Below are positions 32,001 through 44,548 of a stretch of DNA of 44,548 bases, in pieces; position 1 is the stretch's first letter, and the number at the start of each line of letters is the position of its first letter. Location: assembly GCF_021028975.2 (NCBI RefSeq), contig NC_059429.1, positions 139,128,001-139,172,548 on the forward strand, read 5' to 3'. The notes beneath the pieces were generated by a model. That model made no database searches, was not told the origin of the DNA, and saw only the letters and a program-made list of their open reading frames with translations. Position numbers and translations under genes: made by a program. The DNA comes from Sphaerodactylus townsendi. Taxonomy: Eukaryota.

Positions 32001-35000
32001 AGGGTCTCATCGGGGTCATAGAGGATGGAGAAGGCTAGCTCCAGGGCCTCCTGGGAGGGAGAAGTCCACGAGAAAGAAAGGGTCAAAGCCAAGCCCAGCT
32101 GCCTTTCGCGCCTCCTCTGCCCCTGGGCCTCGGCAGGAAGAAGAGGGGGCTGGCAGGGAGCAGAGGGCTCGCCCCTTTGCGGGTACCTTGTTCTGCTTCA
32201 GGGCTCCCTTCTCCTTCATGTGGGGACAGTCTTTCCCGGTGACAACGGCTTTGATGTCTGCAACAGGGACTAGGAAACAAGGAGCAAAGGAGTCAGCCCA
32301 GGCAGAAGGAGGAGGAATGCCCCTCTCCTGGAACCTGAGGAGCCAACATTCACAGGGGCAGGAAGGCAACTCTGCACATGCACTGGAGGCCTGAGATGGG
32401 CAGCCACAGAGCCCAGACATGGCATTCCCCCTCCCCCCCCCCAACGACCTGACACATACTCTTTTCCTGCAGGGACTCCAGGGTCACCTCTCCCTGGGTG
32501 TTGTCCTCCAGGTCTCCATAGTGCAGCGTCTTGTGGTTGAGCGCCAGGCGGCAGTACCAGAAGCGTTCTGCAAGATGCGGAACACAACTCCAGCTGATGA
32601 ACCACCCCAAGGGGACCGCTGCCCCATGGCCACCGCCGCCTCCTCCTCCTCCAGCACCCAAGAAAGGGCTGCCGTTGCCCCTGTCTGGCCCAAGAGTGCC
32701 CCCCTCTGCCACGCCTCACCTTGCCTCCTCCGATTGCCAACCTTGCGGAAGCTGCTCCCTTCGCAGAGGCGGTTCAGGCGCTGCTGCCGGATGAGCTCCA
32801 GGATCTCTGGCTGGATCTTCTCGCGCAGCTCCCTGGGAAGGCAACGCAACAGGGGAGGCGAGTGAGCAGCTGGCGAGGGCCCCGCTGAGGGCGTCGCAGG
32901 CGTGGGAAGAGCACTCACAGGATGGGCGGGGACTGGAAGTCGTCCTGGCTCATGCGCTCCGACTGACGCAGGCGCAGGATCTCCGAGTAGCTCAGGCTGC
33001 GCAGCCGGCTCTTGAACTGGTCCAGGGAGCTCGGCTTGGAGGGCAGGGCCCGGGTGATCTGCTCTCGCACCACCTGCATCACCTGCCGGGGAGAGCCGGG
33101 CGAGCGAGGGTCACGGGCCGTGGGCAACCCAGAGGCTGCTTCAGGGACTCAGCCAAGAAGCACAGCAAAGCCCCTCCCCCCACCTTGTGGAAATCTTCCG
33201 CCGTTGCCCGCATCTCCTTCCAGGTCTTGTTCAGCAACTGGATGCAGATGGCAAAGAGCTCCTCGAAGGCCCGGTCGTGAGTGAAGAACATGGGGTGGTA
33301 GTCATTCCGGCCCTCGTTGGCTGTGGGGAGAGATTAAGCAACAAAGTCAGGCTACGGGAGGGGGGGAAGCCCCCAGCGAGGAAGGAGAAAGAGGCAACCC
33401 CCACCCTGCCTCTTCTGTCAGCCAAAGCCCAGAGGTGGGAGGGGGTGATGTCATCCTCAGGAGGCTCCCAGGGGGAGGGGTAGGAGGGCCAGGCTTCCCC
33501 CCTGGGGGAGCTGTTTAAAACCACTCGGAAGGGGCCCCAACAAACTCCAAAGGATCCCAGGGAGGCTCCACAGCAAAGCTAAAGAGGTATAGATGCCAGC
33601 GAGCAATTGAAGCAAAAGAGCTGCCCCTATGGCAAGTCGGATCTCTAACCAATCATATGAGGAAGAACAAGCTCCGAAAACAAAAGCAGTCAGGAACTAA
33701 AGGAAAGAAAACCTGAGCAGCTTAGAAGAGTCCACGCTCTGCTAATGAAAACACGCCTTTAAAAAGATCCACAGCAGTCCCCAGCCGGAGAGAGACTCAC
33801 AGGACTCTGAGGGCTGCGGAACGGCGGGAGGGCTGGCCTGCATGCCTGCCTGCCTGCCTGCCCTCCCTCCCCCCCACATCAGATCAATGTGGCTCCCAGA
33901 TTCCCACACAACTTACGAAGTTCTCCAACCTGCAGGATCTCACAGAGCATCTTGGTGAGCTCGATGGCGCTGCGCCCAAAGGGGCACTCGTGCTTGTCTT
34001 CTCGGCTGCTGTTCTCCAGCACAATCTGCAAGGCAGGAGGGGAGATGAAAGAGGGCAGCTGCCTCAGGGGGTGTCGCGTCCTCCGTCGCCCACGCCATGA
34101 GCCCCCCGTCGGTCGGGATCTGGCCTCCACCTCCCTCCCTGGTTTCTCTTCCGCTGTAATGGAATGTTCTCTCTCTCTCTCTCTCTTCGCTCCGTCTGGT
34201 CTGCAGGCCAGCTTGCTCACAGTGCCAGGCTGGGGCAACGACAGCCCCTCTCGGGATGGCTTGAGAACTGCGCTGCGAATGCGCAACAGGCAGGGGCGCG
34301 GGGCGCATGCGTGGCCCGGGCGCAGTTCCCCCTCGCTCCGCCCCTGCCTGCCGTTCAATGAAGGAAAAACCTTTCCAACAAAGACTCCTTGCTGGGCAAG
34401 ATCAGAGACACGACAGGGGAGAGGGGGCTCCGATCCTCACCCGGACGTAAGCGTCTTGATGGTATTTGGCCAGATAAAGCATGTTGTCCAAGGCCAGCAT
34501 CCCTGGCGGGGTGTGTGAGAAATCCAGCGCAGGGTTGATGTGGTTCTGTGCGTGAGAAAAGTCACGCTTGCCACAACTGGAGAGGAATCCTCCCCTGTGC
34601 CCTCCACGCAGGCTTACCTGGCGCAATGAGACAAAGCACATACCAGACCCACCCTGGCCGCTTCACCACCAGCCACCCCCCCTCCCCCCCACTCAGATCC
34701 CCCTGTGCAGGACCCACCGTGAAGCCCAGCATCTTGTAGTCCTTGGTGTACATGGCTTTGCGCTTCTCCGTGCCACCCCCAGAGATGCTGCTGCTCTCAG
34801 CCTCTGCATCAAAGGCAATTCTTCGTAGCTCAAAGATGACGTCCCTTTGCGCCTGAGAGAGGGGGGAGGGCGTGAGAGGGCAGCGGGCGGGCGGGCAAGC
34901 TGAGCACACTGCTCACCCACCCCTTCCGGCATCAGCAATCACCTGATCATTGGGGTCCATCTTGGTCATCATGCGCTCCTCCAGGAGGTTGAAGGTCAGG

Positions 35001-38000
35001 ACTTGGAGCACATACAGCTGATGGGCCATCTCTGTTTTAATGGGGCGGTTTCCTCGGATGATGTGCTGCGTATTTAAAAAGGGGGAAATGAAGATGCACA
35101 CAGTGCCACGCCAAAGGCACAAGGGCTCTTTGCTGCCGCCCAACCTGGGGTGCGCTGGGCCCAGGAGGAACAGAGAGCCTGCAGGCCCCCACCCGAGGGG
35201 GTCAGTGAAGCAGGGCCCTCTGCAAACTATGCTCAAGAGGGCTTCCTTTGCAGAGGTCAACGGAACTGCACTGCAACGCAACCATCAGGGAGTTGCCCTG
35301 AGAGTCTGGTCCAGGCTAGGGAGTTTCTATGCCTCTTAGCATCTTGTGCTCAACAGCTCCTGCTTTGTTTCAGCTCGTTGCAACGTTGACTGTGCTGATT
35401 TCCACCACGTCATCAGTGAGGAAAATGGACCATAAAATCGAGGACACAGTGAGGCACAGTGGGAAGGATCAGGCGGAGCTGTGCTCAGGATTACTGAGGG
35501 GGCGCGAGGGAAGGCTCTCTGGGGAAAAGGCGACAGACTCACGGTCAAGATGATGGAGCGCAGGTGCTTCTGTGCAAAGGCGTTGGCCATCTCCTGTCAG
35601 GGACACGGGGGGAGGGGGGGGGAGAGAGACAGAAGATCCAGTCTAGGAGGGCCTCTCAGGGCCACCCTGCTCCCAACACAGACAGCTCCCTCCCCAAGGC
35701 ACGAGCTCCCCCCTCCAGCCCTCACTCAAAGGCGGGGCCTTCTGCTGCCGTGCTGGCAGCCCCAAGAGCAGCCAGCTGAGGAGGGCCTTTGGCACGAGGG
35801 GGCTTTGCTCTCCAGGGCTGGCATCAGGCTGGGGGGTTCTTCGCCCTCCCTGGAGGAGCCCATCAGCCCAGCAGGCACAATCCTCAGCGGGCAGCTGAGC
35901 CCCACTTGCGGAGGCCTCGCTGAAGGGCCTGCTGCTCAGACACGGGCAAACCAGGCCTGGGGGGCCCTGCCTTCTGGCACCCTCCACACATACATCACCC
36001 CCCACCCCCACCGAGGGGCAGCAGGACAGTGAGGGGAGAGCGCTTGGCAGGGAAAAAGCTCACCCCCCCCCCCAATGAGGCAACTCCCCCACCCCAGCAG
36101 GCTGGCTATGCTCCACGCACAGAGGCAGTGTGGACCCCCCCTCCCCCCCGGAATGACTGGCTCCTCTTTCTGTCACGTGTGAGTTTGTGCGTCCTGAACG
36201 GTTGCCTGGATGTCAAAAGGGGGCCCTTGGGGTTTGGAAAGAGCAAAGATCCCTGAGAAGGAGCCCCCTCCCTGCTCCCCCCTTTGGCTCCCCTTTCTGA
36301 AGCCCCTCCCTGCCCCAACAAACCCAACGTAGCGACAGAAGACCGAAGCAAGAGAGCAGAACACAAAGCAGCCCATCCTCACCCCACATCTCCTATCCCT
36401 CAACCACTGGCCGGGGGTGGGTGGGGAGGGGGGGGAGGAGGGGGGAGGCTGCCAACCAAGCCCTGCCAGGCAAGTGTGCCAGTGGGAGGGGGCACCCCTC
36501 CCCTACTGACATGGGCATTACTTACAGTGCAGGGCAAGTCTAGTGGGTTAAGAGGCGGGTCCTGCTGAGCGGAGGCAGAAAGGCAGAAAGAGAAGCGGGG
36601 GGGATTAACACACGGCCCCTCCAGGGGGGAGGCAGGACAGGGGGCACAAGCGCAACACGGACACACGGAAGCAATGCCCCCCCACCCCCACCCCCACCCC
36701 CAGTCCTTGCCTTGAAAGGCAGCCCCCACCTTCCCTCCCTCCTGGCCAGGATGTCTCCAGACAGACAGACACACAGACACACACACACACACACCATAAT
36801 TCTTCTGCCACATCCCCTCCCAGCCAACCCACCTGCCTCTTGTCCTCAGGGGCCTTCAGGAAGAGCGCGTTGATCAAGGCCACTGCATAGGTCTGGATCT
36901 CCTGGTTTGAGCTGAAGGGGTGAGAAATGCGGGGGGGGGGGGGGGAGTTGGCAGGCTGCCTCTGGGACCACTCCCCCTCTACTTCCAGGAAGTGCGCCAG
37001 CACAGGAACCCCCCCGCCCACAATCCACAATGCTGTCAGCAATGGTGAGGGAGGGGTCCCTGGGTGGGTCTGCTGGGTGGCATACCCAGAGACCTGGGTT
37101 CAAATCCCAGCCCCGTCAGGTTCTCTCCCATACCCCAGAGAGCCACTGCCAGAGCCACAGCGCCTCAAGGTTAGTTAACGTTGCCAAGCGTTCCTGAGGC
37201 CACACCGCCCTCTCAGCATGAAGTGGGGGTCAGGAATGCGAGGCTAGTGGTGCGCCCCTGAAGCCGCGCGGGGGTTCCCCAGGCTAGGGACACTCACACC
37301 TGCAGGTGAGAGATGAGCTGCCCCACTGTAATCTCTTCGGCCACCTTCAGGTACAAGCTGTGGCTGTTCAGCACCATGCTCTCCAAGATGGCCAAGGAGC
37401 GCTGCAAGATGGACACGTCCACCGTCGACTGGCTCACGTAGCCTGCAATCTGGGGGCGGGGAGGGGATGAAGGGAAGCAGCTGCTTGGAGCAGAGCCCAA
37501 AGCACACGGCCAGTCCCCCCTGGCACCCTGCTGCTCTGCTTTCCAGCCCCTGGAAGGCACCCCCCTTCCCCACTCCTGCCCAAGGCAGCCCCTCCAAAGC
37601 GGAGCCCTCCTGCCCAGCCTCAGGCCAGAGAGAGCCCCCCGCCCCACACCCACGGAACAGTCCTTCTGCTCTGCCGAGATCTCCTTCTGCTGCCCTCGAC
37701 CAGAGAGCCGGGGGTACCTGCTTGATGAAGGTGATGGAGACCATGTCCCACAACACGATGCCGTGATCCATGAGCTCCAGAAAGGCCGTCAGGGTGAACG
37801 CCAGCATCTCGCTGTAGCTGCATGGAAAACACACAAGCCCCGCTGGCCTCTGTGAAAGCCCCCCCCCCCCCACGGCCCACCAGCCGAAGCGCCAAGCTGG
37901 AAGGGCCTGCTCCTGAGCCAGATGCGGAAAGGGGGCTGAGACGGGGGCTCAGTGGCTAGCAACCGAGGAACTGCTCCACTCTCCCTGCCCCTCCTGGACT

Positions 38001-39592
38001 TGCTCCCCACTGGTGTGGGGGAAGAATGTGTGTTTGGAGAAGCTCTAGAAACCAAAGCTAGATGGGGCTAGCCCCCCCCCCCCCTTCAAGTGCCTCTTCT
38101 CTGACCTTCCTGTCACCCGGTTCCCATCACCCCCACCCCACATCTTTCTGGCCAGGAAGCGACACATTCGTTGAAACCTCCAAACCTTGACAGAAGCACA
38201 ACTGAAACGTCAGGGAACCTGCCTGCCTGAGGCCTCTCTGTCCACTAATCCAATCTAGTAACCACAGACCTCAAGGTGGGTGGGGAATGGGAACCCGGGA
38301 CGGATACCACAAGGGGCACGGAGCCCACAGAAGATGGGACGCAGCGGGGAGGCGTTTGCTCACAGCCACCAGCCCTTAACATCAATTGTGCACTGGATGC
38401 GGCCACGTTGACTTGGAACCGAAGCGACGAAGTGCTCAACGAGAATAACGGGAAGCTCAGCACTTACTGGGACAACAGCTTGGTGCCGCTCTCCACCAGG
38501 TGGGTCAGCACCGTGATGCCTTCCATGTTGATGAATTCCGTGGCAAAGGTCACGTCGGCAGAGAGCTTGGCCAGCTCCTTCATCGCCTCCAGCCGAGCCT
38601 CCATGCTGTGCGACTGGATCCGATCCACCAGCTGGCGGGCAGCCCGGGACTGGGAAGAAGGCACCCAGACCACCAGTCACTTCCAGCTCCCCCCCCTTCC
38701 ACAGCCAGCAAGCAGAGCCTCACCCCCAGACGCAGCACAGGGAGACGGGGCCCGTCTGTGGAGGAAGCGAGAGGGGACGGCGGGCAGGGGCACCACGCAG
38801 CCCGGACATACCGGAGACACGGCCAGCTGCAGGATGGTCCCATTCTTAATGTCACAGCGAGTCTGGAAGGTGAAGAGACACAGAGCTGTGGGGAGCAGCA
38901 TTGCACCACTACAGCCAGGGGAGGAGACCAGCAAGAGAGGGGCCAACCCCCCCTCCAAGGAATTCTCCTTGTCTCCCCACCACAGAGCCTCTGTGGAGAG
39001 AAGGGCGGTGGGGGGGGGGCGCACCTGCTCAGTTATGTACAGCTGGGGCCCATCAGCATAGCGCAGCGTGTAGAACTCGGGGTTGGGCAGCGACCAGCTG
39101 GAAAAGGGAAAGGACAGAGACAGACCATCAGCGGTGAAGCAGGAGTCTCCACGGAGGAAGGGAGGCCCCAGCTCCCTCCAGCAAGGGGGCAGGAAGTGAC
39201 CCCCAACAGGCTAGGCAGCCTCCATTCATTTATCCATTTAATTGTATGCTGACCCCGCCCTTTCCCGGCCCAAACCAAGTTCTCTCCAAGACTCACCCGT
39301 CACACACTTCTTTGATGACGGATGCCAGGGGCCTCTTCTGGGGAGGGGGGAGAGAGAAAGAGAGCAGGCCGTGAGCCAAGTCTTCTGTGGACCCCGGTAC
39401 CTCAGCCCAACTTTGGAGCCCCCTCCCCCATGCTCTGTCCACAGGCTGCAAGTCAACCACAGCCAGCATTGCCCCGGGGGGGGGGGGTCTCTCACCCACC
39501 CCAGGCCAACTCACCTGGTCAATTTCCAGTAGCTGGGCATTGGCCTCTGGCCACTCCACAGCTACCTTGACGATGTCCGAGGGGGGCGGCAT
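29095..39592 (-). CDS. ELMO2: Engulfment and cell motility protein 2, complete CDS, 720 aa (732 aa with the cassette exon)
   Basis: 20 GT-AG exons: 39592-39515, 39337-39297, 39097-39025, 38862-38812, 38649-38468, 37817-37718, 37449-37298, 36911-36833, 35593-35543, 35065-34943, 34852-34718, 34545-34441, 34025-33917, 33320-33184, 33082-32919, 32832-32720, 32567-32460, 32269-32187, 32050-31973, 29295-29095. They sum to 2163 nt (720 aa plus stop) with consistent phases. Starts [15 protein letters not shown] and ends [13 protein letters not shown], both ELMO2-type. Confidence 0.98.
29345..29970 (+). mobile_element. CR1 LINE 3' fragment, interrupted by a ~60-bp L2-type tail at ~29577-29637
   Basis: [48 protein letters not shown], resuming after the insert as [11 protein letters not shown]; CR1 3' end GGTCTCTTCCAACTCTA. 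Confidence 0.9.
29970..30720. mobile_element. L2 LINE 3' fragment with an inverted 5' part, interrupted by SPIN
   Basis: 29970-30140 reads L2 ORF2 on the minus strand ([20 protein letters not shown]); 30180-30320 reads on plus ([15 protein letters not shown]); a T-rich tail follows after SPIN. Confidence 0.7.
30332..30516 (-). mobile_element. SPIN (Space Invader) non-autonomous hAT MITE
   Basis: Perfect TIRs CAGTGGTTCTCAACCT/AGGTTGAGAACCACTG and SPIN-type subterminal sequence (minus strand GTGGGTCGCGACCCCTTTGG ... GGCATTAGGAAGGTTGAG). Perfect 8-bp TSD TTCCAGCA (30324-30331, 30517-30524). Confidence 0.9.
30721..30956 (+). mobile_element. Squam3-like SINE, 5'-truncated, with (CCT/CTT)n tail
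   Basis: GGGTGACCTTGGGCTAGTCAC...CTCTCTCAGCCCCACCTACCTCACAGGGTG core and a TAAATCCAAACT(CCT/CTT)n tail. Confidence 0.75.
31088..31290 (-). mobile_element. CR1 3' end fragment
   Basis: ATAGAGTTGGAA...GGGCCATCAAGTCCAACCCCCTGC...GGAAGTTCTTCCTAATGTT is the reverse complement of a CR1 3' terminus (compare 29790-29970). Confidence 0.8.
36526..36561 (-). CDS. ELMO2: ELMO2 36-nt in-frame cassette exon ([12 protein letters not shown])
   Basis: Polypyrimidine tract plus CAGCAG acceptor and a GTAAGT donor; phase 0/0; sits between ...EDKRQ and EMANAF.... Resembles the 12-aa insert (recalled as DKHLNPLDLPVT) of the long mammalian ELMO2 isoform. Confidence 0.88.
36760..36793. repeat. (CA)n/(GACA)n microsatellite; other (CA)n tracts at ~8798-8818 and ~12413-12434
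   Basis: Read directly from the sequence. Confidence 0.85.
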
Positions 39593-40043
39593 CTCTCCGG
39601 AATTTCCGTTCTCTCCAAGATGGGGAGGGACACAGACCCCCCAGGTCTAGCCAGAGGGGAAGGCCAGCCGGACTGGGACCGTACCCAGCAGCAAAGCACC
39701 ACCTGAGCAGACACAGAGAAGACATGGGTGGTCAGTCAGGCACGTCCCCATCAGAACCTGCGCTGGTGCTGGTCCAGTCCAGAGAGAGGCTGGGAGCTTC
39801 TGGTACCATCAGAGAGTGGTCCAGACTGACTGATCTTCAGGCCTTCTGCCAAACTGCACAGAGGCTGGACGCTGCCCAGCAACCTCAGGAAACGCAGGCC
39901 ACGAGTCTGGCCAAAGCTGGTGGCTGGCGCTCTCTCCCCTCAGCGGCAGAAAAGCATGGCCACGCAGGCCAGGGAAGGAGTGGGGGATTCAACGTCAACC
40001 TCGCTCGCGTAAAACAAGCCCCTGCTCCTCGCAAGGTCTAGAA

Positions 40044-40495
40044 CAGTGATTCCCAACCAGGGTTCCGTGGTACCCTGGGGTACCCTGAGCACATCCCAGG
40101 GGTACCATGACAATGCTACCGCCTGCCTCCCACCCCTGGAATCAAATGGATTTTGAAGGGGGGGTTGGAAGCCTCATGGGTTCTTTTTAAACAACACTGA
40201 AAAACAGCATTGTTTTATTTGCCTAAATTCGGTGTGGATTGGGGGGATAGATTTAAAGGGAGCTCTCCCTTTAAATCCCCCCAATCTATGCCGAATTTAG
40301 GCAAACAAACAACACGGCTGTCAACGCTGCTTTCCCTCCCCTCCCCCTGCTTGCCACTCCCCCCACCTACAGGCCAAAAAACAGAAAAAAAAACCCTTAA
40401 AAATGCAAAAAAAATTCAAATGAACCTCAAGGGTACCCTGAGATATGAAGAGCGAAGTCAAGGGTACCGCAACGTTGAAAAGGTTGGGAAAACTG
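40044..40495. mobile_element. Non-autonomous hAT (Charlie-like) element in an ELMO2 5' intron
   Basis: TIR CAGTGATTCCCAACC / GGTTGGGAAAACTG; TSD GTCTAGAA/GTCTAGGA (7/8, NTCTAGAN-type target); repeated GGTACC subterminal motifs. Confidence 0.82.
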
Positions 40496-40587
40496 GTCTA
40501 GGACTTTCCTCCCGGTTTGCTGCCTGGTTCTGCATGGAGTGGGGGCGGGGGGGGTTGCTAGGCCCTTTCAACAGTGGTTTCCTGCCT

Positions 40588-40800
40588 TCTGCTAGGCATG
40601 CAGGAGGTCCCTGGTTCAATTCCAGGCAGCATCTCCAGCTCCAGAGGACGAGGGAGGAGGTGATGTGAAAGGCCTCCTCCTGAGACCCCGGAGAGCTGCT
40701 GCCAGTCTGAGTAGACAAGATTGATCCAGCATTCCTGTGGCCACGTGCCTGAGACCCCGAGGAGAGAGCCGCCGCTGCCACTCAGAGCTGATACAACCAC
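40588..40800 (+). mobile_element. tRNA-derived SINE fragment with an internal duplication
   Basis: B-box GGTTCAATTCC; the CCTGAGACCCCG..GAGAGC.GC.GCCA segment occurs twice (~40679 and ~40748). Confidence 0.62.
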
Positions 40801-40885
40801 CTGGGTCCTGCCATGAGTTCCAGCCACTCTGCTGGGAGCAACTCTGATGGAGCCAGGGCTGGCTGGGAATGGCAATGCCCTAGGT

Positions 40886-41031
40886 CAGTGGTGGCGAACC
40901 TTTGGCACTCCAGATGTTATGGACTACAATTCTCAGCAGCCCCTGCCAGCATGGCCAATTGGCCATGCTGGCAGGGGCTGCTGGGAACTGTATTCCATAA
41001 CATCTGGAGTGCCAAAGGTTCGCCACCACGG
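40886..41031. mobile_element. Palindromic hAT MITE, same subfamily as the 2550 copy
   Basis: CAGTGGTGGCGAACC...GGTTCGCCACCACGG; perfect 8-bp TSD CCCTAGGT (40878-40885, 41032-41039). Confidence 0.9.
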
Positions 41032-42399
41032 CCCTAGGTAGATCTGACCTGTTGCTGGCAGACCAGGGGAAGTGCTTGAAAAAGCAGGACAGTCTTTTCC
41101 CTAGAGGGGGGGGGCGGGGCTCTTTTTTATTTTCTGCTACACTCAAGAGTCACTTTCCCTTCTAGACTTGGTTGAAGTGGCCACACAGACGCCAGGGTGC
41201 CCCTCCCCCGCCCAACATGGCAGCTGGAGTGAAAAGTGAAAAGTATGTTTGCTTACTAGCAAGATGTGGGGTGAAAATTTTACAGTGCTGTACTTTTCTG
41301 TGGAAATGTTTCCATTTTCAAGCATTCCTCATTTCATAACCTTAACAACAATGAACTGAGGACTCTGACAACGTGAAGCAAGCGGCAGCTGTTTTTCAGA
41401 TCATTCCTAGGAACGGTGTGAGAGAGAGGTGGTGGACGGTGTCTGCAAGTCACAGCCGACTTAAGGCATGCGTTTTTCAAGGCAAGGGGCAAGCGCATGT
41501 AGTTAGCCTGGCCATCCAGCTAAGGGCGAGACTGTACGTGTTTGCTTTTATATCCAGATATCCTCACAAAATACACCAACACAAAGGGTGCTTTACCCAG
41601 AACATGCCAAATAATACATTTTCAGTGCACTTTGCAGCTGGATTTTACAGTGTGAAATAGCAAAATACGCTTGCAAACGACTGTTGAAGTGCACTGAAGG
41701 CAGACTGAACAGCTTGAAGGGTCCTTCCAATGGTAGCTTTGCTACCGAACTCTTCTTTGAAAAACCACTGCAAGGCTCACAAAGTCTCTTGACTGACACG
41801 TGCAGGAAACTTTCACCTCTTGTGCATCCTTGGCTTCATTTCTTGTTCCCTAATCAGACATAACCCCCAAACCAAAGCAGCCGGCAGTCACACTCTGGGC
41901 AAACTCCTCGTGCAGCCGTCCCAGCCTATCCTCACCGATGCAGACGAGCGAGGGGCGGGGCTTTCCCCTGGGCTCTGTCACCGTGATACCTAACGGGCAC
42001 GGGGCGCTTCTCCACAAATCTATCAGAGGGCCTATTAAGTCAGTCCTGAGATGTCAGTTTTATCAGCTTCCACAGTGGCGGGGGCGGGGGGGGCATGCAG
42101 AGGCCGTCAGCTGCCCTTAGCAAACTGCCCCCCCCCTCCAGGCCACAGGCTGCTCCTTCTTTAGGACTGGATCCTGGGAACGTTTCCTGCCCCGGAGTAA
42201 ATCTCTCCGGTACCCACGGACCCAAATCCCCTGATCTGTGGGTAGCTCCACAGCCAGCGAGTCCCATTCCTAGACAGTATACTGATGGTTCATTAAGTTG
42301 TGAACGGGGGATAAAACCGCACATATTGGCAACCACGTAACTACAAGCGACAAGCTCTGGATCTGCTGGACAGCTGCGGCTGTCCCGGTTCGATCCCAG

Positions 42400-44548
<2,149 letters not shown>

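Overview
GC-rich vertebrate genomic DNA, almost certainly a squamate reptile and probably a gecko, judged from the repeat content (Squam-type SINEs, CR1, L2, SPIN, Penelope). It holds three protein-coding genes. SLC35C2 (minus strand, 9 coding exons, 16032-24070) has exons 1, 4 and 6 garbled by insertion-only indels. ELMO2 (minus strand, 29095-39592) is complete: 20 constitutive coding exons give 720 aa, plus a 36-nt cassette exon. The 5' part of SNRPB (plus strand, exons 1-4) is head-to-head with ELMO2 across a CpG island. SLC35C2 intron 6 carries a 5'-truncated chromodomain-bearing Ty3/Gypsy element. Other elements are a Penelope-like remnant with inverted repeats that each carry a hammerhead ribozyme motif, a SPIN MITE, several hAT MITEs with 8-bp target-site duplications (four share a palindromic ACTACA(A/G)TTCCCA core), a solo LTR, and CR1/L2/SINE fragments. 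Nearly all ORFs in the supplied track are spurious. I found no convincing wholly new gene system. The best leads are the ribozyme pair, the motif-carrying MITE family, the ELMO2 cassette exon, the missing SNRPB poison exon and the damaged SLC35C2. Comparisons with human or mouse proteins are from memory, not from a search.
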